Shown: positions 37,462 to 51,625, counted from the first letter of the stretch. The stretch: 64,000 bases of DNA from the human T2T-CHM13v2.0 reference genome, Homo sapiens (GCF_009914755.1 NC_060925.1), one strand, 5' to 3'. Notes: generated by a model not told the origin, from the sequence alone. Numbers and translations are program-made.

Positions 37462-38238
37462 TGTCTTACTCTATTTTGTGCTGCTGTAACAGAATGCCAC
37501 AGAATTGGTAATTTATAATGAACAGAAATGTATTTCTCACAGTCCTGGAAACTGGGAAGTCCAAGATTGAGGCATTGGTATCTGGCGAGGGCCTTCTTGC
37601 TGCATCATACCATGGTAGAAGGCAGAAGGGCAAAGAGAGGGAGAGAGAGAAAGAGGCACACACTCATCCTTTTCAGGGTCAAATTCATCCTTTTATAATA
37701 AGCCCATTCCCACAATGCTGTAGTTTGAATGTGTCTCCCAAAGTTCACATGTGGGAAACTTAATTTCCAGTGTAACAGTGTTGAGAAGAGGGGTCTTTAA
37801 GAGGTTATTAGCTCATGAGGGCTCTGTGCTCATGAATAGATTAATGCTATTATTGAAGGAGTGGGTTAGTTATTGTGGGAGTAGGTTCCTGATAAAAGGC
37901 TGAGTTTGGCCCCTTTCCTCCTTTCTCTCACCCATGTGGTGACTTTCATCATGTGCAGGAAGGCCCTCACCAGATAATGGCACCCTGTTACTGGACTTCC
38001 CAGCCTCCAGAACTGTGAGAAATAAATTTCTTTATAAATTACCATCTGGGGTAGACTTTTAGAGCAACACAAAACAAACTAAAATGTGTGATAATGAACC
38101 CACTCCCATAATAATGACATTAATCCATAAGGGCAGAGCCCTGATGGTGTAGTCACCTCTCATTAGACCCCAACACTGTTGCACTAGGAATTAAGTTTCC
38201 AACATATGCTTTTTGGGGGACACATTTAAACCATAGCA
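37462..38238 (-). mobile_element. MST LTR containing an opposite-strand MST LTR (37716-38085, +)
   Basis: Outer: TGTCTTA...GCTGCTGTAACAGAA...AAACCATAGCA. Inner: TGCTGTAGTTTGAATGTG...CCAGCCTCCAGAACTGTGAGAAATAAA. Confidence 0.85.
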
Positions 38239-38901
38239 TCTGTGTTTAAACATTTATAGTTAGTTTCAGGGTTGGTGGATGACTCAGGGAGCTGGTAGAT
38301 TAACACAATATACGTGATATACCCTGCCTGTTCTGTGCCCTCTGCCTTCCTCCCTATTGTCTAGCTCCCCTTGAGCATGATGACAGGCAAAATTTGTTCA
38401 AATAAAGCAATTGGAGAAGTCTTCTGTTAACTTGGTCCCTGAGTGTCTAAGTCCCTGAAACATGAAATGGAGACATGTCTTCAACTTAACAACATCACAG
38501 CCTCCATCCCTTGCACACCATGGGAAGCATTAATCATATTCATTAGGGATCTAGTTGCAGAATATATATATCAAAGGAGGAGGACAGAAGTGAGGGAAAA
38601 CAATTATGTTTAACGAATGAACTAAAACAATTATGCAGCCACCCACTGAGTAGAGAGCTTTGAGCTCTGCTTCAAATGGGTTATGAAAAAACCAACTGAG
38701 AAACTGTATTGCAATTGAGCTGGACAGCTATTTCAGAGAACTCTTTCACAAGATAAGTCAACCAACATCACTGATTAGTGATGTCTAAAAGGTGCTCTGT
38801 TATTAGATCTCCTGTGAGTCTACAATTAACAATTTTCTGTAATTTTTAGAAGTTCAATAATAGCCATATGAAGACATTAAAATGCTGCCTCTGGTCATCT
38901 T

Positions 38902-39585
38902 GTGACAGTTACATTTGTTATAATTTTTGACAGCTCAGCATCTCCTGGCCACTCTTCCTATGTTGAGGAATCTCCCCTATTTCACCTTGCCTCCCCAAAG
39001 TAGGAACCAGAAATGTTCTTTCTCATCCGACCTTGGCAACTTTTGGAAACCCACCTCCTCATCATAGGCAAGACTTCCTATCATGTGACTGGAAAGAAAC
39101 ATCTATGACATTTATATTTATTCCATGACCCAGGTATCATTTTGTAGGCTGCCAAACATTCAGCCAGCAAGTGAATGGTCCATTTATTTGCAAGCTTGGG
39201 CTGATGCTTCTTACCTCTAAAAGCTAATAACTGTCATTGCTACCAAAGATTGGTACAGTTAAGCATGGGCATGTGTCCTAGGTCAATCAGACACATTCAC
39301 ATGAAGCTTCAATGGGGAAAGAAGAAACAGGTACCACGCAGACCTGTTTCTAAGAAGGATGGAGACTGAGTGTTGGAGCCTTACAGCAAGCATGACCATG
39401 GTTCTCTCCAGGCCCACAGTTGGGGTATCACTGCAGTGTTTCTCTGGAATGCTTTGTGGTGTAGCATGTCTGGCTCTGTTGGGGGCACAGCTATAAAACC
39501 TGACTTTGACCTTCCTGTGTTCTTTAAGGTCCCTGATACTCTTTAATAAAATTCTTTCCTGCTAGTTAGAATGCTGAGTGATACA
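38902..39585 (+). mobile_element. LTR33-like ERV-L LTR with a foreign insert at 39033-39257
   Basis: LTR33-like segments (GGGCATGTGTCCTAGGTCAATCAGA; AATAAAATTCTTTCCTGCT...GATACA) flank the insert. Confidence 0.6.
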
Positions 39586-39660
39586 CAATGCTTTTTAGAA
39601 GCTAAATAAGAGGAGAACATGCGACTGTTTTAGAAAGCTGTTAAAAGTTCATGCCAGTTG

Positions 39661-40004
<344 letters not shown>

Positions 40005-41394
40005 TTAAAGATAAGAAGCATTGGCCCAAGCTTGCAAATAAACAGATCACTCACTAGCCTGCTGAATGTTTGGCAATGTACAAAGTAATACATAGGTCAC
40101 AGAATAAATGTCATAGATGTTGCTTTCTAGCCATATGATAGGAAGTCTTGCCCAGGATGAAGGGGTGGGTTTCTAAAAGTTGCCAACACCACTTTTAGTG
40201 TAGGAACTCATGGAAATAATCCCTGTGTCCTGTACTCTGACATTAGACATTGGTCCGTTGGGAGGGCAGAGAGACACTCAATTTGTGATCAGCCGCTGAA
40301 AGCTGCAGAAGACTTCAACTGAGTATAAATATGACCCGGGAGAGACAGTGCATGGAAGTGACAGACCTGTGCTATGATTTGAGCCCTTCAGCTAACCAGC
40401 TCAGAAAATATACCCTCCTTTCATCTGCAAGGAGTATAATACAGAGTGAAATGATTGTATAGGATTCCCCAGACAAATCCTTTACTGTAATGTCTTTCTA
40501 CAAATATTAGGCTCTGAACAAACACATAGAGCGAGCCACCTGCAACTTGTCAAAACAGTTTATAATCTTTTGCCAAATATTGCTAAGTCCAGTTTATGGG
40601 CAGGTATTGATTTTTTTTAGGTAGACATACCTTAGACACCCTAATAAGTTCCCCTAAAGTTAATTTTGAGATTCTGTGCCAGGTAGGCTCTCTTGGGTCA
40701 AAGAAAGTCTACCAATCTCAGGAGATCAGAGCCTAGTGTAGGAAGACCTAGGGAAGCTGAGAAGAAGGTCTCCATGTTGGCTGCCACCCTGGCTGGCACT
40801 CAGGTACCTGAAGAGTTGTCTCTAGCCATGGGTTCTTTTGGGGTCACTCTCGCAGCAGGCACCTGCCTGGCTCTCATGCTCAGTCATTGCTGTTATTCAG
40901 TTCCATTGTCCCTTCTTCCTCCACTCCTGCACTGTGAATTACCTTCCCTCCTGTCTTCAGAATTCCCTCTAGTTTATGGCTTCTGCTTACTTATAAGCAC
41001 GTCTGCCTTATGGTTTCAGTTGAGTGCCTTTTGTGTCTTTCAGCTTCTGCTCCTACTTCTGACTGCTAATATCGATGACACCAGTTATCTGCAAATTCCT
41101 CATAAGGGGCTCCAATGACTTCATTTAGCCACTCTGCACTGCAGACCCTATTAGTCAGAGCTCTCCAGCTGTCTTCCAGAATGCAGACTTGAGCCCAGAT
41201 AATATGGTAGATATAGTGGTGTGCCTTGCTTCACCCAGCCAGTTCCCCTTTTGTGTTCCATATTGCACTACACCTCACAAATGGGTGCTTGTGCTGTACT
41301 CGTCAGCTCCTTCTCATATATTAGAGCACAGAAAAGAGATAGACAGCTAGCTTGTGAACATTCTGAACTTGCAAGTAACAAGTTGTGCAGAGAG

Positions 41395-41880
41395 TATCTG
41401 GGCAGATTGTATTTTCCAAAGATAACTACACCAATATAACCCATCCTGCATTTTCTCCTTAGAGTGGGAAGTTGACACTGTGGGACCATGGTCCTTCCTG
41501 TTGAATCTAAGCAGGCCTGTGACTACAGTGGAAGGGAAGCTACCTGACTTCCAAGGCTGACTCATAACAAGTGGTAAGTCTTCCACCTATCTTCTTGGGG
41601 CCCTTGCTCTTGGAATCCAACCATGACGCTTGTGGAGGTGTTTCAGCTCAGCCCTCATTGATGTCCTGGCTGACAGCCAGCATGAACCACCAGACACACG
41701 AGCATTCAGATGATTCCAGCCTTCAGCCCCCAAGCTGCCTCAGCTAATGGTGAGTGGAGCAGAGACAAACCATCTCCACCAAGTTAAGCACAAACTTGCA
41801 GATTTATAAGAAAAACAAAACCAACTCCATCTTAATCATTTAGGTTTGTGGTACTTTGTTACCCAGCACTAGACAAGTAA
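41395..41880 (+). mobile_element. MLT1 (G-like) LTR
   Basis: GGCAGATTGTATTTTCCAAAGAT...CAGATGATTCCAGCC...TTTGTTACCCAGCACTAGA. Confidence 0.7.
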
Positions 41881-42388
41881 AAGTATCTCTTACTATCTCC
41901 CCAGTGATCTTATCCCATCCACAGATCCCCCTCTTTCCTGTATCCTCACCATCATCATCTCCACTGGCTCCTTAACTTCAGCCTTTAAATATACTTTAGC
42001 AGCTTCCAGCCTAAAGGAAGAAAAAAAAAATCTCTTTATCAAGTCAGATCCCTTCTTTCACTCTTACCAACTAGCTCTGTTCTTTCACATTCAAATTTAC
42101 TATAATGATTATCTACTCAACGCAGCTACCTTCAAACTCCTCTGAGCTACTCTATTTACCAGAAGCAAGCATTTTCCCTCTGCCCAGTGAACTTCTAGTT
42201 CCAAAACCAATGGACGACACTCAATATTTATCTTCCTACTTGTCTAACACCACAAATCTCACTGTGGGATGTCATCTGCTCATTTGCTCCACTAATACCA
42301 AAATGGCTTCAACTCTTTACGTACTGATGTGCAACTCTTATGCACTAATGACTCGGGGCTGGAAAACAGCTGGGAGGAAAGACAGAAA

Positions 42389-43232
42389 TGTAAACCAAAG
42401 AAAATGAGGCAAGTGTCAATCAATTTAGAGGTTTATTTTGCCAAGGTTGAGGATGTGCCTGGGAAAAAGGACACAAATCACAGGAACATCTGTGATTCAT
42501 GCTTTTTCCAAACAGGGTTTGAAGACTTCAATATTTAAAGGGGAAAGAGTGGGCAGCAGAGGAAAGAAAAAGAATAAAAGGGGGGAAGGGTAGACAAAAG
42601 GTGGCAAGTGGTTTCTTTTGAGGTTCTACAGATCCCCATCTTTCCTGTATCCTCATCATCATCCTCTCCACTGGCTCCTTAATCTCAACCTTTAAATGTA
42701 CTTTAGCAGCTTCCAGCCTAAAGGAAGAAAAAAAAATCTCTTTTTTTTTTCTCATTCTTTTTGAGGCTTTGATTAGCACTCACCAAATCCACATTTTATA
42801 TGTTAAAGGAGTGGGTAGAGGAACACAGTCAACTATGCACTTGTCTCATGTTCAGTGAGTTTGCATTTTTATATAAAATAAAGTAAACAGAGAGCAGGGG
42901 AAGCAGTCATGAGACATGCATTTGTCTCAGGTGAGTGGAGGAGGGATTCCTAGTCCTGCCTGTCCTGCACCTGTGGAGATAAGCTCTTAATTTACATTGT
43001 CAGGGTGAAATTCACAAGAACTCTGTTTCAGAATAAAGATCTTAGGGCCCCCAAAGAATTTCCTCATGAGCAAATTGTGAGGGAGGCCACCTGGGGAGAT
43101 ATGTGGCCTTCTATATTTGCAGCTACCTACTTAGGAACAAAATGAAGGCAGTTTTTGCGTGACTCAGTTCCAAAGCTAAACTTTTCCCTTTGGCATAGTT
43201 TGGGGTCCTGAATTTTTTATTTTTCTTTCATG
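42389..43232 (-). mobile_element. MER4-group LTR with a ~115-bp foreign insert
   Basis: TGTAAACCAAAG...TCAATCAATTTAGAGGTTTATTTTGCCAAGG...TTTATTTTTCTTTCA; related to the LTR at 1498-1966. Confidence 0.85.
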
Positions 43233-43288
43233 TAAACAAGTTAGGATTTATTGAAAGACTTCCAAGTGCCAGGTGCCTGTCTAAGCAC

Positions 43289-43731
43289 TGTCAAGCAATA
43301 AAATTTCAACAAATTGAGTTTAATTATCTAACTGGCTTTTATTAGCAATTCATGAATTGGGCAGCATCCCATTTATGAAATAGAAAGGTGCTCTAATGAG
43401 CTGAGCAGAGGAAGTTGGCTTTATGGAGAGCAAATGACGGAAGAAAGCAAAAACAAGGAACAAAAAACAGATTGTTCATTTTAAAATTATTTTCCTTGTA
43501 GGGTTAAGGCAGATGGGAATTCATTATCATGCTGCCTCAGGCTGACCAGGACCCTTTGGATTGATTGCTGTGAATCTTGTTGTTTAGGAAAATGTCCCAT
43601 ATATAAGTTCAGCTTCATTACATGGCACTCAGCATGAGTGACTCCATTCTGGTTTGGTCTGGTCTGGTCTGCTGGGGATTAGTGCATGAGTTCAGTCAAA
43701 AACTGTGGCCTCCCATAAATTTCATTTCACA
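43289..43731 (-). mobile_element. MER31/MER67-family LTR
   Basis: AGCATGAGTGACTCCATTCTGGTTTGGTCTGGTC...GGCCTCCCATAAATTTCATTTCACA. Confidence 0.7.
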
Positions 43732-43778
43732 GCGCTTTTGCCTAGGTTGACAGTAAAGAAGGAAAAGTGTAGTAGAAA

Positions 43779-44242
43779 TGTGGTAGCTGGCCCTGAGCTG
43801 GCCCCCAGAGATCCTCACTCCTGGAATCCATGCCCCTATGTGGTCCCTTTTCACAGTGAATAGAACCAACCTGTGTGACCAATAGGATACTGCAGAAGTG
43901 GTGGTGTGTGGCTTCTAAGAATAAGTAATAAAATGCATTGCAGCTGCTGCCTTGGCTTCTGGGGAAGCCAGCTGCTGCATGGTTAGATCACTCTGCAGCA
44001 AGACCCCCACAGAGTGCAACTGAGGCCTCCACAACAGCTGGCACCAGTGTGACAGTCACGGGAATAAACTACCCTGGAAGTGGATCCCGTCACTCCAAAC
44101 AAGCCTTCAGATGGCTGCCAGCTGAGCCAACATCCAACTGAGCCTCATGAAAAATCCCAGACATGGTGAGAAATAATAATGAGTATTGTTTTAGGCTACT
44201 GAATTTGGGGGTATTGATTATGCAGCAATAAACAATTACTAT
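43779..44242 (+). mobile_element. MLT1F-like LTR
   Basis: TGTGGTAG...GACCAATAGGATACTGCAGAAGTG...TATGCAGCAATAAACAATTACTATA. Confidence 0.75.
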
Positions 44243-44254
44243 AAGAAGTTGCGT

Positions 44255-44465
44255 TCTACAGTCAGAGGAGCCTGTGTTTCATTTCCACTCGATCACATGG
44301 CCACATGTTAACTTCCCCAAGCCTGAGTTTCCTCCTGCATAAATGACAGCACCCACTTCCTACTGTCATTTCGAGGATTATATTAGATAATCCATGCAGA
44401 ATGCTAAGCATGATGCCTGACATACAGTAAGCTTGCTGCAAATGTTAGCTATCATTATGATTATT
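44255..44465 (+). mobile_element. MIR
   Basis: AAGCCTGAGTTTCCTCCTGCATAAATG...GCCTGACATACAGTAAG...GTTAGCTATCATTA. Confidence 0.75.
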
Positions 44466-44552
44466 ACTCCAGCTCTACCTATTCAAATTTTTGTGCGGTT
44501 ATCAAGACGTGATTCTTACAACAGTGTTTGAACATAAAAGAAGTGATAGTAA

Positions 44553-45023
44553 TGAAGGGACCCACTTGGATCCACCAAGATGGCATAAAGATTACTTTAA
44601 ACTGAAGACATTTGAAATATAGCAGAGGCAGAAAGAAGCCTTTCTGGAGGTTCCCTTATCTGACTAAAGGCAGAGACTTCTGAATAAATCCCCTGTCCTG
44701 GGAAGCTTCCAGCCAGGAAGGAGACTAACCATTAGAGAAAGTGCATAAACAAACCTTATCAAAAACTGTCTACCTTCCATTTGTTCTCCTAGAACAAATC
44801 TTCTATCTTTCCCCCACCCTAACCCTCACCGTTTCCCTTCCCTGGTTAAGCTGGTATGTAAGCCCGTACTCCCAGCTGTTCAGTGAGTTCATCAGTACTG
44901 AGTACTCCCACAGACAAGGGAATCAACTTCATCTTTTCTTTTGTTAATATATCGATTGTCAGTTAATTTGCAGACCCCTGGTATCTGGACCTAAGTTAAT
45001 AGAGGAAAAGTTTTTCTCCCAAC
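44553..45023 (+). mobile_element. MER34-family LTR
   Basis: GGCATAAAGATTACTTTAAACTGAAGACATTTGA...GGAAAAGTTTTTCTCCCAACA. Confidence 0.7.
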
Positions 45024-45944
45024 AGTAATATAGCGCCTTCAAGGAATGCCACAGGTATCAAAATAAAATAGAAATAATAAAGAAGTACCATTATTAACTT
45101 GGATTTAGAGAACCTTAACCCTAGAATCCATTTTGTCCAGTTCCCTGTGTGACGTAGAAATGGAATTCTGCAACTTCTGTCAGGGGCTGAGCGGTACTTT
45201 TAACCCACTCTGAGACAAGAAATGTCACATACATGCTTGAGCCAGTGAAGACTGGCTGCTGTTAATAAGGAGATCTTTCAGAAAAATTCTTCTGAGCCAG
45301 CCTATGCCTGCCACCTACTCTCTTATCTTCAATAGTTGATTAGCCCCTCTAGCTCTCAATTCTTTCTCTTGGATTTAAGATTTCTAGATGCCCCTAATTA
45401 CCCTTTGCAAACAATATATTTCACATTACCATATTGCGGTGCAAAACTGGATAAAACTGTTCAAATCAAGAGGACTCTGATTCCCTATCCAATTTTCAGG
45501 AGACTCGGTCTTTTCTTGCTCCATTATCCCATCTAGATAGTCCTGAGATGCCCCTGCGCGGCCTGTGCTGGTTCCTGACATCTGCTCCTGCCATCAACCT
45601 GCCCCTTCTAGCTGGGAGGTAGTGAGAATGCAGGCAAGGGTGGCTTCTCTTGCTGTGGCCACATGGCCTTCTGGGGGAGTCTCTAGACCTCCAGCCGAGA
45701 GTGCCTGGGAGATCTAACTGGCCTTGAGATGGGCAGGCCCATAGTGCCACCCAACAAGGGCCCAGTTGGCAGTGCAGTCATGCCTCTCCCCACAGGTACC
45801 CTTGCCCAAGGCTGGACAATGCCCCTAGGCACCTCAGGCAGGCTAACTGGGCTACAATTTGGTCAGCATAGTAGAGGTGCTGAAAAATCCCAGCAGCACA
45901 CCTCATACAGGAAAACACACCCAGGGCTTAATGGAACCCACCTT

Positions 45945-47140
45945 CTTCTTTTTTTCCATTTTTTAGAAAATTGTGGAAAATATACGTAATATAAAATTGG
46001 CCACTTGCTATGGTTTGAATGTCCTTTCCAAAACTCATGTTGAAAGTTATCTTCAATGTGGAGTATTGAGGTGAGGCCTTTAAGGAATGATCGGATCATG
46101 AGGCCTCTGCCCCGGATTAATCCATTCACAGATTAATGAATTAAAGCTATCATACAATGCCCTGTGCCACCTGAGGATACCACAGAGAGTCCTCACCTGC
46201 AATAAGGCTCCCCTGACCCCTGACAACCATCATTCTACTTTCTGTCTCTATGCATTTGACTCCTCTGGGTACCTCATATAAGTGGAATCACACAGTCTTT
46301 GTCTTTTTGTGACTGGCTTATTTCACTTAATATAACTTCCTCAAGGTTAATCTATGTTGTAGCATGTGTCGGAATTTCCTTCCATTTTAAGGCTGGATAA
46401 TCAATATGCCATTGCATGGATGGACTACATTTTGTTTTATCCATTCATCCATCTGATACAGGAGTTAAGAGGAAATCACTTAGGCAGGTAGTAAGGGTAT
46501 GGAAGTCCTCGGTAAGGCTTTTCTTTTTAATGAAAAACAGCCCAAATCATTTTCTAACAAAGAGCAGCCTTTAAAGTCGAGCTGCAGACACAGGCAAGCA
46601 AGTTGGGGGCTTGCACGGGTGAATGCTGGCAGGAACTAGGGACTAGACATGCTCAAGATGGCGGCTCCATCATCCATTCTCTGCCAGCCACGTGTATAGT
46701 AAGAGCACACAAGATGGCACCAGCCACGGAGAATTCATTTGTGTAATAAGATTAGGGTGGGGTGACCAGCCTTCCTCGCGCTATGACGTGTGATATGACG
46801 CACGATGTGACGTCACACCTGATTGAACCAGTCTGTGAGCCCTAGGTAAATAAGACACCACCTCCTCAAGCTGGACTATAAAATCCCGTTCATTTGCCAC
46901 CAGCCGTCTTTTCCGCTGGGAGACCCCTTTCTCTCTATAGAGAGAGCTGTTTTCTCTTTCTCTTCTATTAAACCTCTGCTCCTAAACTCCTCCCATGTGT
47001 CTGTGTCCCACATTTTCCTGGCGCGAGACGAGGAACCCCAGGGTATATACCCCAGGTAACGTAGCCGGGTCACATCAATGGATATTTGGGTTGCTTCCAC
47101 CTGGCGACTGTGAATAGTGCTGCTTCGAACACTGGTGTAC
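45945..47140 (-). mobile_element. L1MB-type 3' end, interrupted by an MST fragment (~46007-46210) and LTR9
   Basis: ACCTCATATAAGTGGAATCA...GACTGGCTTATTTCACTTA...CCATTCATCCATC|AATGGATATTTGGGTTGCTTCCAC. Confidence 0.8.
46454..47072 (+). mobile_element. LTR9 (HUERS-P3) solo LTR
   Basis: TGATACAGGAGTTAAGAGGAAATCACTTAGGCAG start, CA end, TSD CATC. Confidence 0.85.
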
Positions 47141-48957
47141 CCTCTCTTCTTTTGAAGGGAATTTAGTGGCCTTCAGTTGTCACTTAAGCAAGTCCCTGGC
47201 AAGCCCCAAAGCTGCTCGTGAGAGTAGCCCTTCCAGCTGCACAGGCTGATCTCATCTCATGACATTTCCAGGGTTGTTTTAGTGCCTCCTTTGTCGACCA
47301 CCTGGGCAGCCCACTCCTGAGTCTGGCTTTGGGGCGGAAGTTTCTGCTCTTTCTGACAAGAACCTTTCAATTCATGCACACACAGCCCTTCCCTGGGACA
47401 TGAGCCTGCGTTATTATAGAATGGCTGACAGAGCTCTTCTATGTCAGCTGCCTCCAGCTCAGAACCAACCTCGCCTTGTGCGAGTCTCCCTGGGTCCCCA
47501 TGGTGGATTCTGTCTCAGAGCCTCAACGCTCTTCTGTGGTTGGGGCCTTAATTATCACAGTCACTCCTTCACATTCTGATATTTTTCCCTACTTTTAGGG
47601 GGGGAGACAATATACTGCCATCATATGGGAAAAGGAAGTGTGGCTTCTCCATTTTTCTTGTCTGTTCTTCCTCATAGACCCCCACCTTGTAGGGAAAGCA
47701 AGGGGTGGGAGAGTTTAAAGATCTCATTCTCCTCTAGTTTAAAGAGAGTCTTGCAGACAACTGAAATGCGGCTCCCTCTCAAGGCCAAGTTAAGCCCTGT
47801 CATTTGTGTGACCCAGTTCTTCCAGGTAAAGGCACCCTTTTCCCATTTGTCCTCCCCATCTCTGCCCCACAGTGGCGTGGGCTGGGTGAAGACCCCAGGG
47901 CAGAGAGGCAGAAGCGCCCTGGGTCTGTGCTGCATCCTCTGGCACTGTAGGTCTTTGTTGGCTTGTGGGTTGTCATGGACACATCTAGTGGGCTCCGCTG
48001 CTGAAGTCTGGATCCCGTTGTAAAGTCCCAGGTGCTGTGGCCTTATCACATTCCCATTCCTCTTACTCTCACTTTCACTCTCCACGAGGAGTGGGGGCCT
48101 CCTATGTCCTCTGCACACCACAGGCAGCCAGTGGGGAGCCAGGAGCTCTGCCGCAAGTTCAGCCAGCCAGCTCTTCACCCCCACCTCCCAAAGCCTCCTG
48201 TACTCAAAGACACGAAGCTTCTTGGCTCAACTTGAGAGGTGGCAAGAGGATTCTCTGTATGTGAAAGAAACTTTATTCTAGAGTCTATCAGGCCTGGCTC
48301 TTAAAAGGTTAAACGAAAGAAACTTCGTCTAGCTGTAGATTTAAAAAAACCCAACTGTGAGACTCAAAGACGATCGATGACTATTTTGATTTCGGTGGTA
48401 CCTGCTGTCTTTCCTGAGACTGATGATTTGACAGTAGGAATGGAAGCCCACATGGAATGTAATTTCATGCCAAATTGAAAATGTATTGACTTCATTTTTA
48501 TAAAAGATAATCTTCATTACCCACAGTCAATCTTAAAGAGAACAAGAGGGGTTTCTGCTCTCTTCCCTTTGGGGGTCCCACTTCTGGTTCTGCAGATGGT
48601 CTCACTCACTCCCAGCAAACCTAACCTGATCACAGAGTGGACCTGGGCCCATTGGTGGAAAAAGGAGGAGGGGGAGCTCAAGTTAAACGGAAATGTGTTA
48701 TAGTCTCACTACCAAATAATGGGTGGACTCTTGCTTAACTTTTTAGTTTCTTTTTAAGAAATTAAAATGTAAATTGATGTTTCCATCTTCAGAAACCAAA
48801 ACTTGCCAGTACCCCACAAATGGCAGACTTCAAATATGGGAAACTTACTAACTCCCTCTTTTGGCTCTCTGCCATTTGGGCAATGTTTACATCTTTGACT
48901 CTGCATCCTGTGTCACAGATGAAGCGTGAGCCATTTCATGTGCTGCTGTTGTTGACC

Positions 48958-48970
48958 TTTTTATTTTTTT

Positions 48971-49017
<47 letters not shown>

Positions 49018-49327
49018 TTTTTGAGACAATGTCTCGCTCTGTTACCCAGGCTGGAGTGCAGTCCTGCAATCTCAGCTCACTGCTACCTCTACCTCCTGGG
49101 CTCAAGTGATTCTCTCACCCCAAACCTTGAGTAGCTGGAACTACAGCCACTCAAAAAAAAAAATAGCCCTGCTAATTTTTCTATTATTATTATTATTATT
49201 ATTATTTTTTTTTGTAGAGATGGGGTTTCACCATGTTTCCCAGGCTGGTCTTGAACTCCTGGGCTCGAGCAATCCACCCACCTCGGCCTCCCAAAGTGCT
49301 GAGACGTGAGCCACCATGCGCAGCCTG
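48958..49327 (-). mobile_element. Alu (AluJ-like) with (TTTA)n tail and (TTA)n linker
   Basis: Dimer with microsatellites grown from its A-rich parts. Confidence 0.9.
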
Positions 49328-49380
49328 ACCTTTTAAAACCTGGGAGGCACAGCAAGAACTCTGGAAACCAGAGTCTTTGA

Positions 49381-49938
<558 letters not shown>

Positions 49939-51139
49939 TGGGAAAAAAATCCAAGATCCATCACATGTAAAATTGATTAAAGTATATTTCATTAGTATAA
50001 ATTTGTAACTGAAAATTTATAATATTTACTTAATTTTTAATCAATGAATAGGAATCACAAGGTGATACAAAAAAACTTGGAATGAGGAGTTGTATTTGAC
50101 AATTAGAGAGTCAGCATCCAAATTATATCTATGTTTTATGTTGTATTCATTTATATTTTGTTCCTTGAGAAAATTTTGATTACAAAGGTAAATAATTACA
50201 AATAAAAACTGACTCATAATATTTTGCCTTGAAATCTCAAGGTATTCATTCTTTAATCTAAATTGAAGAAAAGGTGACAGAAAATCTTTGCTTCAAAGTT
50301 GAATCACTAAGAATGTCTAATACATGCTTACACTCCTAAATGCAAACATAAACATTTTATAAGGAGTACACAAATTTACACCACGATGTATAATTTTACA
50401 CCATCATGTGCTGTTACATGGCTGGCTATCCTGTCCTATGGAGAGCATGAGGATCTCAGGGAGGAAGACAAGTTGAGACTTGCCCATTTGAGCAAAGCTA
50501 GTGTGCATTTAACACCTTTGTCTAAGGTCTTGTAGGTTAGTACAGACCAAGGCATTTTTGACCAGGCAGCAAGGGGAGCCAAAAGCCATGCCACGCTCTG
50601 CCCCCAAGTCATGCACCCAACACAGAGCTGCATCTGCCCAGAAGAAGGAGTTTCTTTTCCTAATTCACATGCAGGTGACTTATAAAGACAATAAGGCACT
50701 ATATAGTCAGCAGTGAGAGGTATAGTTGTGTATTCACGCATTTCAGTTTTATATGCTTGAATATACACAGGCATGAATTTCTTAAAAGAGCAGTTGAGAG
50801 TTTCAATTTTTCAAGTTCCAATTACATATTTGGAAGATCAACTATATGCACAATAATGACGAGAACAATTTTATTCAATAGTCTGCACAAAGATAAATTA
50901 ATCATGGCTGCATAAGTTAATGTAGTGGTATTCTTTAAAGTGTCAAAATTCAGTGTATAATACACCTAAGAGTATTGTTTGCATCATTTTAGCAGAAAGA
51001 AAATGAATAAATATTTTATAGGCATTTAAATGAAAACTACATGTGCAGTCTCAAAAACTATGGAATAAAAATGAGGTCACATATCCATTAAATCGAAATT
51101 AAATGGCTTAAATATTTTGTTTGATTGTGTTGTTTTTAC

Positions 51140-51428
51140 TAGAGACAGGGTCTGTCGCACAGGCTGGAGTGCAGGGTGCAGGGTTGTGATTATGGCTCAC
51201 TGTAATCTCAACCTCCTGGGCTCAAGCAATCCTCCCATCTCAGCCTCCCGAGTAGCTGGGACTACGGGCACATGCCACCATGCCTGCCTAAGTTTTTAAA
51301 ATTTTTTGTAGAGACAAGTCTCTGTATGTTGCCCAAGCTGGTCTCAAACTCATGAGCTGAAGCAATCCTCCTGCCTCAGCCTCCCAAAGTGTTGAGGTTA
51401 CGTGGGTGAGTGAGCCCCCACTCCCAGC
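51140..51428 (-). mobile_element. Alu (AluJ)
   Basis: Diverged dimer with a 7-bp duplication GTGCAGG. Confidence 0.88.
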
Positions 51429-51625
51429 AAAATGATTTCAAATTCTTACCCACTTCCCCAGATGTAGTTTGAAGGTCAAAGATTGCTGGGCTGTTGGTTA
51501 AGATATCCTTGCCGGTACTGCTGCCATTGTAACCACAGCAGTGTGCAAGGGGTATTCTGGAATCATAAAAAAGAGATGCCTAAACCTGATTTAGGAGAAG
51601 ATGCTGAAAAAATGCTAGGAAAGAT

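Noticed and set aside
37462-38238. Inverted similarity suggesting a hairpin element
   Set aside because: Explained by an MST LTR nested in another MST LTR in the opposite orientation.
49960-51110. AT-rich stretch, possibly a DNA transposon fossil
   Set aside because: I could not find convincing TIRs or transposase motifs by eye.
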